Program-made: the position numbers and the translations under genes
Source: a virus
Length of the DNA: 64,000 nt
Virus record (IMG/VR): IMGVR_UViG_3300010413_000025
Span: 3,192-67,191 of that record
Reading direction: 5' to 3' (one strand)
Notes under the pieces: model-generated
What the model was told of the DNA's origin: nothing
Databases searched by the model: none
Seen by the model: only the letters and a program-made list of their open reading frames with translations
Shown here: one piece after another, positions 45,480-55,178 of the stretch
Layout of the letters: each line of letters begins with the position of its first letter
Position numbering within the stretch: the stretch's first letter is position 1

Positions 45480-47050
45480 CAGAATTCCATGCGTTCGTCG
45501 ACTTGCGGCACCGCGCTTTCCGGGTCTTTCGTCACGAAGTCTTCCGGAACCAGCCAGTAGTTCAGCTTTTTGTTGCCGGTAGTGGTCGTTTCTTTCTTTT
45601 CGACGCCCAGATTGTGCAGCTGCTGCCACAGCCCGCTGGCAGTCGTGTTCGGGAACCGCTGCTGCTGAAGATATTTCGAAAAAGCTTCGAAATGGAACAG
45701 GAATTTGTTGTTTTCGAAAAGTACCATTCCGGTCAGTATATCACGCCGCGACTTTGCTTCGGGCGCCGTTTCGATGAAGTCCTTCAGCATAGTGCCCAGA
45801 CTGGCGGTCGACGTGTATTCATACGGGATTTCGATCACTTCCCGATTCACAAGCCAGTGCTGAATCATCTGGTCCCACATTGCATTGTTCATTCGCGGCG
45901 GCATCTTGTCCAGAACTTCAAAAACCTTTTCGCGGAATTTCACATTATTGGTCAGTTCAGCCCGCTGAAACTTCACGTCCTGCCCGTTTATCGACATGAT
46001 GTACTGCGGCGGTTCGTCAGTAACGACAGCCCCGGCAGCGTTCACCTGCACGATCTTTCGGACGCCTTCAATGTTCCAGTCTTCCCAGACCTGAACTAGA
46101 CCGCCCATAACTCCGAATTCACGGGTCTGGCATAGTGGTTTGTTGCAGACTTCCATGCAGACCGCATCCTTGCACAGATAGCCGTACTCCCGGTCTGTAT
46201 CCAGTGACTTGAAGATGGTCGCAGTGATTTCGCGCATGGGCAAGGCCGGGCTGAAGTAGTCGCCGTTCCACTCTATGACCTTGTCCTGCCATTCGTCGGG
46301 GTATTTTTTCTTTGCGTATATGGCGAACTGGAACAGTGCTTTGTTCCGCCCGCCTTCGCCGACGCCATTGTGCGCCATGGTCTGAATGCACGGCGGCCCG
46401 TCACTGAATGGAATTTCCTGCTGGTGAATTTCCAGCTTGTCGAAATCGGCGGGACTGATCCGCTTGCTTTCCGCGTAGTCCAAGAATTTTTCGAAATCAG
46501 CAATCGGCTTTCCCGCGTCGTCGAATGCGTACCGCTGCGTCATTTCGGCGTCGAAGTACGGGAGGTTTATCCAGTTCCCGACTTCACCGTTCGCGGCGTC
46601 TAGCTTTTCCTGTTTCGGGAAGATTTCGATTTTCGGGTATCCCAGCATCCTAGCCAGTTCGCCCAGCTTCGCGCGAATTTTCGCTGCGTTCGCCGGTTCC
46701 GAAAAGAAAATGTAAAGGTGGGCGCCGCCAGACTTTGACTTTGCCCAGACGATAGGGAACCCGGACCGCTTTGCATCGGTCACGAATCGTTTCACTGTGG
46801 GTTCATCGTACACGTCGAAATCAATCGCTGCGAATTCGCACGTGCCGTCGTCGTGGATCGGAACTACGCCCAGACCAGATTTGCCCGTCAGGTGGGCTTC
46901 CCATTTTTCGGTCGTTACAGGTTCGGCGACTGTTTGCGCGCGACCGCCGATCTTTCCGGACTCTTTTTGCAGGTTCCGGTCTTCCCGGTATATACCATGC
47001 GCGCGCGTCAGGCCGCTAAACAGCCGACTGAATCGTTCTATCTTGTCCAT
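45479..47050 (-). CDS. AEP-family primase/primase-polymerase with PriCT-like domain
   Basis: AIDFD, SKSGGAHLYIF, EIFPKQ, GNWINLPY, PPC...EGGRN. Confidence 0.85.
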   Translation of the reverse strand: MDKIERFSRLFSGLTRAHGIYREDRNLQKESGKIGGRAQTVAEPVTTEKWEAHLTGKSGLGVVPIHDDGTCEFAAIDFDVYDEPTVKRFVTDAKRSGFPIVWAKSKSGGAHLYIFFSEPANAAKIRAKLGELARMLGYPKIEIFPKQEKLDAANGEVGNWINLPYFDAEMTQRYAFDDAGKPIADFEKFLDYAESKRISPADFDKLEIHQQEIPFSDGPPCIQTMAHNGVGEGGRNKALFQFAIYAKKKYPDEWQDKVIEWNGDYFSPALPMREITATIFKSLDTDREYGYLCKDAVCMEVCNKPLCQTREFGVMGGLVQVWEDWNIEGVRKIVQVNAAGAVVTDEPPQYIMSINGQDVKFQRAELTNNVKFREKVFEVLDKMPPRMNNAMWDQMIQHWLVNREVIEIPYEYTSTASLGTMLKDFIETAPEAKSRRDILTGMVLFENNKFLFHFEAFSKYLQQQRFPNTTASGLWQQLHNLGVEKKETTTTGNKKLNYWLVPEDFVTKDPESAVPQVDERMEF

Positions 47051-47064
47051 TCATTGCACCCGTA

Positions 47065-47093
47065 GAAAGTGTGGCCGGGATTGCCCCGGCCAC
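47065..47093 (-). terminator. Rho-independent terminator
   Basis: GTGGCCGGG-GCAAT-CCCGGCCAC-ACTTTCT. Confidence 0.7.
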
Positions 47094-47111
47094 CATCAAG
47101 CTTCCAGTTGC

Positions 47112-47921
47112 TTAATACTCGGGTTTTCCTTCCACCGTTGTACCACCTTCGGCGTCGTCCCCGCCGTTCAGTGATTCGGTCGCTTCCTTGACTTCGCCCG
47201 CGCGGATTCTGTTGTGGAAATCCACGGCCGCGTCGAACAGGTTCTGATCCTCGACCAGTCCCGAATAGTTGATGTCCCAGCCCCACCAGCTGTTGTCGTC
47301 CTTGCTTTCGCCGACCACGCCGATGCCGTACAGGAACGCCTGCATAAAGCGAATGCCTTTCGACTTTTTCTTTATGTCGATGTCACTGTTCAGTCGCTTG
47401 GACTTTTTGGTTTGGGTCCGTTCCATGGTGATTATTGCCGGTTCATACGTGCCGTCATTGCGGACAATGATCACGTAGTGGTACCGGGTGTCGGACAGCT
47501 GATTGCCATTCGGCAGGATGTCGCGATTCTTGTCGTCGCGTTCGGTTTCCTTCATCAGTTCCAGACCATCCAGAACACCGTGTTCGGCCACGTAGCCGCC
47601 GCCCTGTTCGCGGGTCTTCCATTCCATGAACGCGCGCCGGTAGTACACCGGGACCAGCTTCAGTTCGTCCTTTTCAAGGTCGAAGATTTCCTGCGTCACA
47701 GTGTTGATCAGCATTCCTTCCTGCGCGCCTTCGATGAAACTGCCACTGGTCTTTTTCACCTGCGGCGATGTACTCTGAAGGATTCGCAGAAAAGGAATCG
47801 CGAACGAATCAGCGTCGGCCTGTTCAAGGCCCGCGTCTTCGAAATCAGCATACGCGCCGTCTTTCAGGAATGCGGGCAGGCCCGCGTCTTTCTTTGTTGC
47901 TACAGCTTTGCCTGTTGCCAT
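47112..47921 (-). CDS. ssDNA-binding/annealing-like replication protein
   Basis: IPFLRILQSTSPQV..., acidic C-terminus, highly expressed position before a terminator. Confidence 0.6.
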   Translation of the reverse strand: MATGKAVATKKDAGLPAFLKDGAYADFEDAGLEQADADSFAIPFLRILQSTSPQVKKTSGSFIEGAQEGMLINTVTQEIFDLEKDELKLVPVYYRRAFMEWKTREQGGGYVAEHGVLDGLELMKETERDDKNRDILPNGNQLSDTRYHYVIIVRNDGTYEPAIITMERTQTKKSKRLNSDIDIKKKSKGIRFMQAFLYGIGVVGESKDDNSWWGWDINYSGLVEDQNLFDAAVDFHNRIRAGEVKEATESLNGGDDAEGGTTVEGKPEY

Positions 47922-48012
47922 GTCGTTGCACCTTAGTCGTTTTAACGGTTAGGGGGAAATATGCTGTTCCCCTTCAGCGGTTTCGAAAATTACGCCCCCG
48001 GGCTGACCCCTG

Positions 48013-48591
48013 TCAACCCTTGCCCTTTTTTCCCTTGCGTTCTTTGGGTAGCACGACTTTCGAAATGTCCAGTCGAAAAATGTTGATAACGTCTTCCGGA
48101 ATCGGGTCGTCGGTTTCCAGCTGGGCTTTTGCCCACGCCTTCAGGGTCTGCGGCGGGATGTTTTCCTTCAGGGTGTAATCGAACCCCTGCAATTCCGCGA
48201 ATTCCACGGCCACGTCCTTTTCGCTGTCCGAACCCATTCCGAATAGCATAGTGATCTGGTTTTTTATGATGTCGCCATGCCCGTGTTCACGCAGCCACCC
48301 GTATGCGGCTGGTCGATTGTCTTCCTTGATGTTCACGTTAATGTCGTCTGCGATAACGATCTTTGCGCCATTGTCTAGCGCCAGTTCGGTTAATCCGACC
48401 GACTTCATCGCTTCCGGCAAGGTTTCGGTCCGCATCTTCGTGTATTCCGCATTCACGTCTTCCAGCTGTTTTTTCAGGTCCAGCAGACGCTGTTCGATGC
48501 GGTATTGCTGCCGGGCCAGTTCCACGATGTCGGACAATTCCAGTTTCGTGGGTTCATCGGTCCCTTCGGCTTTGCTGTAATCAATGGCCAT
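48013..48591 (-). CDS. Conserved replication-module protein
   Basis: LPEAM..G..EL.L..G, WLREHGHGDIIKN, PQTLKAW. Confidence 0.7.
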   Translation of the reverse strand: MAIDYSKAEGTDEPTKLELSDIVELARQQYRIEQRLLDLKKQLEDVNAEYTKMRTETLPEAMKSVGLTELALDNGAKIVIADDINVNIKEDNRPAAYGWLREHGHGDIIKNQITMLFGMGSDSEKDVAVEFAELQGFDYTLKENIPPQTLKAWAKAQLETDDPIPEDVINIFRLDISKVVLPKERKGKKGKG

Positions 48592-48592
48592 T

Positions 48593-48940
48593 TCAGTTCC
48601 CCTTCAGGTCGAATTTCAGGTTCACATAGGCGCGACGTTTCTTGTCCCAGCGCAGGACGTTTACCCTGCCCAGATTGACTTCTGCGGCCAGTGCCATGGA
48701 CAGCCCGATTGCAGCCGGGTCACCGACCGCCAGAATAAAGTCGTCGTCGGTGTATTCCTTCAGCCGCTTGCGCACTTCGTGCACGTCGTTCTGCGTCATG
48801 AAGGACACGCCGGTACCCGGGAACAATGGCGAACTGAATTCACCGAATGTCGCTGCCGGGGAAATATCGACCACCGGGACAAGGCGCCCCGATTCAAGGT
48901 CGCGTCGTTTCGGTATCTGTACCACATACACTTTCGCCAT
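48593..48940 (-). CDS. Conserved hypothetical protein
   Basis: VYVVQ...A.FG...DFILAVGDPAAI...LRWD. Confidence 0.65.
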   Translation of the reverse strand: MAKVYVVQIPKRRDLESGRLVPVVDISPAATFGEFSSPLFPGTGVSFMTQNDVHEVRKRLKEYTDDDFILAVGDPAAIGLSMALAAEVNLGRVNVLRWDKKRRAYVNLKFDLKGN

Positions 48941-50437
48941 TTATAGCCACTCCGCTGGTTTATCTTTCGTAATTTCGTCTGCTATGTTCTTTTTTGATCG
49001 TAGCGCGTTAATTATTTTGCTGTCAACCGTCTTTTCCGCTTCGATGTCGATATACGTCACGTTCCGTTTCTGACCGATGCGGTGCGCGCGGTCTTCGCTT
49101 TGCAGTCGGGCTTCCAGCGAAAAATCATTGCTGTAATAAATCATCGTTGTGGCAGCTGTCAGGGTCAGGCCGTAGCCGCCCGAATGCTGCTGACCGACGA
49201 AAAACTGGCAAGTCGGGTCGTTCTGGAACCGGTCTATATTTTCTTCGCGCAGATGACGGTCGACGCCGCCATGGTAGGACACAGCCGCGCCCTTGCCGTA
49301 CTTTTCTTTCAGGACGTTTTCGATTGCTTCCAGTTCGGCCCGGAACCGCGCCCAGATAATTATTTTTCCGTCCGGGTTCGCTTCCTCGACGATGTTCAGT
49401 AGGGCTTCCATTCGCGGGTTTTTCCCGGGAATCGGTTCTGACGGCGCGAATTCGTCGGTCGGCAGGAAACCGCCCAGCACCTGCTGAAGCCGCAGCAGCT
49501 TCGTCAGGACGTTTTGCACCGTGACTTCCCCTTGTCCCAGTTCGTACAGGGCTTTCGTGCGGATGTCCTTGTACAGCTTTTTCTGTTCGGCGGTCAGTTC
49601 CACCGGGTAGCGTTCGTATATCTTGTCCGGCAGGTCCAGACATTCGTTTTTCGTGATCCGGAAACTGTACGCCTGAATGTTGTCCACCAGTTCGTCCAGA
49701 TTGCGATACGACACCAGTTCTTCGAATTCGCGCGGCTTGCCCGTCTTCGGGTCGATCTGTTTCAGCTGGCGCCGGACCCATTCCGCGTATCGGTGCTTGA
49801 ACGAATAAAAATTTTCGTACCCCAGTATGGCCGTGTTCAGGAACGCGAACTGCGCCCACGCATCCATGGGGCCGTTCGTGATTGGGGTCCCGGTCATGAT
49901 GCGGCGGTACTTGGCCCGCTTGCCCAGCCTGATCAGGGTTTTCGTCCGTTTCGACCCCGGCGTTTTTATCACGGTCGATTCGTCGATGATCAGCAGCGTG
50001 GGGAACGTGTTCAGGATGCTGGCCAGATATTTGGCAGCCTTGCCGGTCATGCCCTGCCCGAATGCTTCCACGTTCATGGAAATGATCCGCAGGCTGTTTC
50101 CGGCGTCCCAGATTTTGTCCAGCGCCTGCTGTTCCGGCTTGCGCAGGGTACTGGCCCACACTGCCGCCCGGTATCCGGTCCAGTCGGGCATGTGCGCGGG
50201 GACTTCGCGCAGTATCCAGTTCCGATGCACCCCGTTCGGCGCTATCACGACCACGGCCATGATTTCCCGGCGCGCCCACAGGTGCGCAGCCGTGTCGATG
50301 CCGACCTTCGTCTTGCCAGTTCCCATGCCCATTAGCAGGGCGAAGTCGGTTTTGTCGCGGCTTTTGTGGAACACTTCGCGCTGGTGGTCGAAGGGTTCGG
50401 TCTTGTAGTCATAATCGTGGTGCATTTCGGTCAGCAT
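48941..50437 (-). CDS. SNF2-family helicase
   Basis: MGMGTGKT, IIDES, MTGTP, LLRLQQ, GLTLTAA, QSEDRAHRIGQ. Confidence 0.92.
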   Translation of the reverse strand: MLTEMHHDYDYKTEPFDHQREVFHKSRDKTDFALLMGMGTGKTKVGIDTAAHLWARREIMAVVVIAPNGVHRNWILREVPAHMPDWTGYRAAVWASTLRKPEQQALDKIWDAGNSLRIISMNVEAFGQGMTGKAAKYLASILNTFPTLLIIDESTVIKTPGSKRTKTLIRLGKRAKYRRIMTGTPITNGPMDAWAQFAFLNTAILGYENFYSFKHRYAEWVRRQLKQIDPKTGKPREFEELVSYRNLDELVDNIQAYSFRITKNECLDLPDKIYERYPVELTAEQKKLYKDIRTKALYELGQGEVTVQNVLTKLLRLQQVLGGFLPTDEFAPSEPIPGKNPRMEALLNIVEEANPDGKIIIWARFRAELEAIENVLKEKYGKGAAVSYHGGVDRHLREENIDRFQNDPTCQFFVGQQHSGGYGLTLTAATTMIYYSNDFSLEARLQSEDRAHRIGQKRNVTYIDIEAEKTVDSKIINALRSKKNIADEITKDKPAEWL

Positions 50438-50538
50438 CCCGCCTTTGTGTTCTGTGAATGAATCGGGCGCCCGCACACTGGGGGGGCGCCCGTCCACCGG
50501 CCCGCATACGCTGACCCCATGGGCTATGCCCGACACTT

Positions 50539-50567
50539 ATTTTCTGGATCGGTCGACCTGCTGTCAA
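50539..50567 (-). promoter_or_regulatory. sigma70-like promoter for the replication module
   Basis: TTGACA-N17-GAAAAT. Confidence 0.5.
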
Positions 50568-50590
50568 ACCCCCGGCCCCTGAACTTCCCA

Positions 50591-50658
50591 TATAAACACG
50601 TATACCGGGCAGTTTTCGTTTTTCTTTCAGCAAATCAAAAACTTATTGCCTAGCGACA
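50591..50658. repeat. Bipartite motif copy 2 in AT-rich intergenic region
   Basis: TATAAACACGTATACCGGG plus CCTAGCGACA 58 nt later, as at 12656. Confidence 0.8.
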
Positions 50659-50894
50659 TTGTAGCCTTGACTGTATACCACGTGGTATATCGTAGTATAT
50701 AGCTTAAAGTCCTGATCTTGTTGAATAAAACACCTAAATATACCGGGTTCTAGGGTCCTGAAATATTTTGCCCCTGAAATATCACTTTTCGTTTTGCCCC
50801 TAGTATCCCTTTTTATAGGGCAAGTGTTGCGCCACGACGTTAAAAAGCCCCGGCGGCAGCTGGAAGCGTTACCACCACCGGGGAAAAACACGGA

Positions 50895-51179
50895 TTATTC
50901 GGCTTTGATGTAGTCGCGCAGCGCGCGGTGCTTGCGGCTGCATTCGTTCAGGGCTGCCACGTCGTCGGAATGCGCCCGCAGCACGTCCCTGACAGCTTCT
51001 GCGGCTGGCAGGTCCGGAAGGTCGGCTGGCAGCTGGGAAGGCTCCCTGCACGGCGTCAGGGCTTCCACAGGCTGCGCCCGTGGGATAGGTTCAATCGGCG
51101 GCGCCGGTACCGTTCCACAGCCGGACAAAGTCAGGCCCGAAAGGGTTACCGCTGCCGCCATCCTTGCAAATTTCGTCAT
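50895..51179 (-). CDS. o-spanin (Rz1-like lipoprotein)
   Basis: Lipobox LSGC, Pro-rich region; overlaps the i-spanin. Confidence 0.75.
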   Translation of the reverse strand: MTKFARMAAAVTLSGLTLSGCGTVPAPPIEPIPRAQPVEALTPCREPSQLPADLPDLPAAEAVRDVLRAHSDDVAALNECSRKHRALRDYIKAE

Positions 51180-51492
51180 GGGGCTTCACCACAGCCGCGC
51201 CACGCAGGGCGGCTTCCAGTTCCGTGCGTTGGGTTCGAATCCGTTCCAGATCGGACGACAGGGCTTCAGCGGCGGCCTGATCCCGGGCCTGCTGGTCCCG
51301 GTACTTCTGCATAAATAGTTCGTGCTGCTTCGCGTAATTTTTCGCGATTTCCGCCCTTTCGTGTTCCATCTTCGCCCGGTATCGCCACCCGTTTACCGTC
51401 CACCCGGCCCCGAAAATGAACACCAGCACCGCCACGATTCCGACGACGCGCAGGTTGACTTTGCGGAGTAATGCCAAAAGGGTTAAGTACAT
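51091..51492 (-). CDS. i-spanin (Rz-like)
   Basis: N-terminal TM helix, AGW.VNGWR, coiled coil. Confidence 0.75.
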   Translation of the reverse strand: MYLTLLALLRKVNLRVVGIVAVLVFIFGAGWTVNGWRYRAKMEHERAEIAKNYAKQHELFMQKYRDQQARDQAAAEALSSDLERIRTQRTELEAALRGAAVVKPHDEICKDGGSGNPFGPDFVRLWNGTGAAD

Positions 51493-51510
51493 AGCACTTT
51501 TTCGCCATAT

Positions 51511-52035
51511 TTAGGGCCACAGGTTATACAGATTTGCAGCTGATTCTGTCAGGTCTTCGATTGTACCACGATTCTGCACGATGTAATCGCAGTACCCGGG
51601 GTCCACGCCAGCTTCGGACGCGTGCCCGGCGTTGTCCATGGCCTGCGGGTCCGGGCGTTCCACGCGGACGATCACGCCGCCGTGTTCCCTGATCCACCGG
51701 GCTTCGTTGTCAAAACGGGCGTCTGGGATGATCAGGTTCGCGTGCTTCAGCACCGCCTGTTCGGCCAGTAACAGCCACAGGTCCGGGTGCACCTTTTCGC
51801 GGCCCCATTCGGTGCCCAGCGTCTGCGCCAGATAGCGCGGCGACTTTCCCAGCCACGGAATCGGGGCTTCCTTCGCTTCCCGGTCGTCCCATACGGACGG
51901 GTCCAGATCAAACGCAAGTTCGATCATTCGCTTGATCGGGTCAGCGAACGAATGCCGCGCATAGCCCCTATCGGTGAAAAATTTCGCAAAAGTGTCTTTA
52001 CCTGCCCCGGCTTTGCCAGTTACGCCAACTAACAT
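51511..52035 (-). CDS. Deoxynucleoside monophosphate kinase
   Basis: GKAGAGKDT, SFADPIK, SPR...QTLGTEWGR, PDARFDNE, HASE. Confidence 0.9.
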   Translation of the reverse strand: MLVGVTGKAGAGKDTFAKFFTDRGYARHSFADPIKRMIELAFDLDPSVWDDREAKEAPIPWLGKSPRYLAQTLGTEWGREKVHPDLWLLLAEQAVLKHANLIIPDARFDNEARWIREHGGVIVRVERPDPQAMDNAGHASEAGVDPGYCDYIVQNRGTIEDLTESAANLYNLWP

Positions 52036-52486
52036 ATTTTCGCACCCTTTCGTCTTTGTTTAGATTGATCACCGTCAGGCCGTTGCCGGTCCCGGTGTCG
52101 TGCTTGGCCGCTATCTCTACAGCGCGGACCGCGTCCACGCCAGCTTCCATCGCGCCCAGTGCAAAGTCGGCCCCGCTGCCCCACGCTTCGAACTTGTCGA
52201 ATACAGGCATCGGAACCATGTTGCTATCGTAGGCGGTGACCTTCCCCGTGACAAGGTTCAGCACCACCGCTTCAGAATCTTCGTCTAACGACCAGTCGTC
52301 GTCCTTGTTGCTGCCGTTCTTCAGCCATTCACAGAACCGGATACCGGCGGACAGCGACCCGGTGATTGCCACTGCGTAGTCAGTGCCACGCACGCGCCAC
52401 AGTTTTTCGCATAGCTTGCGCGCGCCCCCCGCTGTTGCCTGCCTGTCGGTGCACAGGACCCCGTCTTTCCACGCGACTGTTGTCAT
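51998..52486 (-). CDS. Ntn-hydrolase (HslV/proteasome beta-like) protein
   Basis: MTTVAW...TDRQ N-terminal Thr; AWGSGADFALGAM. Confidence 0.8.
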   Translation of the reverse strand: MTTVAWKDGVLCTDRQATAGGARKLCEKLWRVRGTDYAVAITGSLSAGIRFCEWLKNGSNKDDDWSLDEDSEAVVLNLVTGKVTAYDSNMVPMPVFDKFEAWGSGADFALGAMEAGVDAVRAVEIAAKHDTGTGNGLTVINLNKDERVRKYVSWRNWQSRGR

Positions 52487-54024
52487 CGCCGCCAGCGCCC
52501 CCCGATAATATGCAGCAGGGTTCGCTTGCCGTTCGCGTAAATCACTGCGTCGGAATGCAGCCAGTTCGACGGCCCCCGGTTGTACTGGACCCGCAGGCGA
52601 CTGTTCGTGCCGACCTGCATACAGCCTTCTTCGGTGCCCGGGCCATGGCCGTGGCCGATTATACTTTTGACGCCGATCCGCCGCAGGTTCATGATGCTTC
52701 CCCGGGACCCGTTCGGACCCAGATCGCCGTGCATCCCGGTTTCGATGCCCAGCACCATCAGGGATTCGTCCCGCTTCAGCAGGACTTTATTCACGGTCAG
52801 CAGGCGTTCGGCCCAGTAGTGGAACGGGTCGACCGTCCGGGCGCCCGCGTCGGTCATTTCCGTGTTCCGGACCATTTCCAGCGCGGTTTCCAGATAAAAT
52901 TCCATGTGCGACGGGTCCTTTCGCCAGTCGGTTTCCCGAATCCAGCGTTCCAGACCTTCGTTGTGGTTACTGGGGACCATCACGTTTTCGAACCCTGCGC
53001 CGTGCTTGTTCACGAACGCGCAGGTCAGTTCCAGTTCCTTCGGGATGCTGGCCATGCCTGCACGGTGCTTCGCCAGCTTTATAAACGGGTTGTCGCGGTC
53101 GTGATGGTTCTGCGAATAGTGGTCGTACACGTCGTGCCAGATCAGCTTTTTCGGCTTCAGAACGGCCGTGATTGATCCCGGGCCGTTGAATGTAGCCTTG
53201 ACCACGTCCGGGTCGATGAACTGCACGTGGGAATCGCCCATGATCAGGGCGGCGGCGGGCGGTGCATCTTCGACCCCGTCCGGCGTGTACTTTTTGTCCA
53301 GATCAATGAACGTCCCGTTTTGCAGGGCGGAAATCTGGCGCATAAAGAACATGTCGCCGTCGACTTCGACCACCACCGCCCCGATAGTGTGGTGGAATTC
53401 GCCGCGCTTGCCGGTCGCCGTATCGGTGTAATTTTCCACCGTAACAGCACCGGTCGTCGTCATGATTTTGGGAAGCTTGCTTTGCGGGGTCGCAATCGAC
53501 TTCAGCTGGACTTTCGGGTGCGGCAGGATGCCGGACTTGTCGCCGGTGATCGCTTCGAACCCGGTCAGGGGCTGCGTGTTCGTCGGCTGCGTGCGGATGT
53601 CACCCAGCAGGATCAGGTTCCGGTTAATGTCGGCTCGGCTGGAAAACAGGTATTCGTGCAGTTCAGGCGCCCACCAGTCGTCGTCCTGCTGCTTCTGGCC
53701 CCAGACGCTTGTCGGGTTCTTGTACCGTATCGGCACGACCACCAGCTGCGCGCCGTTGTGGGCACAGTAGTTTTCCAGTGTAGCAAGGAATTTTTTATGT
53801 ACTGGCGTCGCGTTCTGGGCGGCGGTGAAAACGTAGCGTTCGGCGGGCGGCAGTTTGCCTTCGTATTGTCGGTGGGTCGGTTCCTTGACAGGCTTCGCTT
53901 TCGACGGGTTCGCGGTCGTTTTGCCGCAGGATTTGCAGCGCCATCGGTTCTGGCGCCCCGTTTTGCGTTCCCGCCACCCATCCTTGACTAGCTTCCCCTG
54001 TTCACCGCAGTGCGGACAATACAT
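52483..54024 (-). CDS. Calcineurin-like metallophosphoesterase with N-terminal Zn ribbon
   Basis: CPHC...CKSC; MGDSH, HD, SNH, MHGD, GHGH. Confidence 0.75.
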   Translation of the reverse strand: MYCPHCGEQGKLVKDGWRERKTGRQNRWRCKSCGKTTANPSKAKPVKEPTHRQYEGKLPPAERYVFTAAQNATPVHKKFLATLENYCAHNGAQLVVVPIRYKNPTSVWGQKQQDDDWWAPELHEYLFSSRADINRNLILLGDIRTQPTNTQPLTGFEAITGDKSGILPHPKVQLKSIATPQSKLPKIMTTTGAVTVENYTDTATGKRGEFHHTIGAVVVEVDGDMFFMRQISALQNGTFIDLDKKYTPDGVEDAPPAAALIMGDSHVQFIDPDVVKATFNGPGSITAVLKPKKLIWHDVYDHYSQNHHDRDNPFIKLAKHRAGMASIPKELELTCAFVNKHGAGFENVMVPSNHNEGLERWIRETDWRKDPSHMEFYLETALEMVRNTEMTDAGARTVDPFHYWAERLLTVNKVLLKRDESLMVLGIETGMHGDLGPNGSRGSIMNLRRIGVKSIIGHGHGPGTEEGCMQVGTNSRLRVQYNRGPSNWLHSDAVIYANGKRTLLHIIGGRWRR

Positions 54025-54034
54025 GGCGACCCCT

Positions 54035-54415
54035 TTACTTTTCTTTCAATTCAAGCGCGCGAATCTTTTCCTCTGCGGCTTTCAGCCGGTCTTTCAGTGC
54101 CCTGTGTTCTTCCGTATCCGTGGCCTTGTGCGCGTCCACCTGCTGTTGCAGGAAATCAATCTGCTGATCCCGCAGGCGCAGGTCCTGCGTCGCAGTTTCT
54201 GTCTTGTACTGCGAACTGGCGGCCGCTGTCAAGGCGTCGCGCATCTGGCCCATTTGGGAAGTCATGGTGGCAGCCCACCACGCCCCGGACACCGTCACGC
54301 CTATGACCCAGATCAAAAAGGAAAACGACACAGCCGGGCGAACCCGTTCCTGTTTCGTGTGCAGTTCTTTCCAGATTTGGTCTAGTTCCTGTTTCACTTC
54401 ATCCAGATCAGCCAT
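54035..54415 (-). CDS. Membrane-anchored coiled-coil protein (lysis region)
   Basis: One TM segment plus coiled coil. Confidence 0.55.
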   Translation of the reverse strand: MADLDEVKQELDQIWKELHTKQERVRPAVSFSFLIWVIGVTVSGAWWAATMTSQMGQMRDALTAAASSQYKTETATQDLRLRDQQIDFLQQQVDAHKATDTEEHRALKDRLKAAEEKIRALELKEK

Positions 54416-54626
54416 TGTCGCTTCCACCACCCCTTCGCCATTTGAACAGGGCGACGGCGGCTGCCGGAACGCCCACTACAGTTCCCAGTGCACTGACGAC
54501 GGCCGCATTGATCAGCGAAATGTCATCGAACACGCGAAAAACGACCCACGTCAGAAGGCCATAGGTCCAAATCACTAGGATAGCGGACAGCAGCTTGTAC
54601 TTTTCCATGTACTCTATGATGTTCAT
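54408..54626 (-). CDS. Putative holin
   Basis: 72 aa, two TM helices, immediately after the endolysin. Confidence 0.6.
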   Translation of the reverse strand: MNIIEYMEKYKLLSAILVIWTYGLLTWVVFRVFDDISLINAAVVSALGTVVGVPAAAVALFKWRRGGGSDNG

Positions 54627-54627
54627 A

Positions 54628-55167
54628 TCAGAAAACCGCGCGCCGGAACCACCCTAGTTCAAACACCCGCAGATCGGGCTTGCTAGTCATTATACCTTCG
54701 TAAAAATTTTTCTGCATTTCGCGAAGGGTGATCAGCACCGCCCAGTCGACTTTTTCCAGTGCATTCAGGGCCGCGATGGTCTTCGGACCCACCACCCCGT
54801 CGTCGGTGCACGGGTGCCCGTTCGCGGTCATGGATCGCTGGGCAAGCTTCCATGCTTGTTTACTGCCCATATTTACAGCCATATCGAATATTTTCGTCGC
54901 AAGTAGCTGACTTTTAACGTCGCGGAAACGGTTCGGTGTCCAGAATGCGGCTTCATACACCTGCAAAGCCATCGGCCGGGTCATGGCCGCGATGTCGTCC
55001 GCGTCCACATCGCCGTCGCCGTCAAAATCGCCCAGCAGGTCGCCCCGCTTTTGCAGGTAGCGAAGCGAAATGCCGTACTTCGTGGCGCCGCCCGGGTCCC
55101 GTTTGTTGTTCACGTACCCGCCTTCATGTTCCAGAATATGCGGAATTGCTAAATTGAAATTTGCCAT
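54628..55167 (-). CDS. Endolysin, glycoside hydrolase family 108 with peptidoglycan-binding domain
   Basis: HEGGYVN..RDPGGATKYGIS, FDMAVNMG, DGVVGPKT, GWFRR. Confidence 0.92.
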   Translation of the reverse strand: MANFNLAIPHILEHEGGYVNNKRDPGGATKYGISLRYLQKRGDLLGDFDGDGDVDADDIAAMTRPMALQVYEAAFWTPNRFRDVKSQLLATKIFDMAVNMGSKQAWKLAQRSMTANGHPCTDDGVVGPKTIAALNALEKVDWAVLITLREMQKNFYEGIMTSKPDLRVFELGWFRRAVF

Positions 55168-55178
55168 GCCGTGTACCT

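Noticed and set aside
47922-48012. Possible tRNA in the intergenic gap
   Set aside because: No cloverleaf or T-loop consensus found
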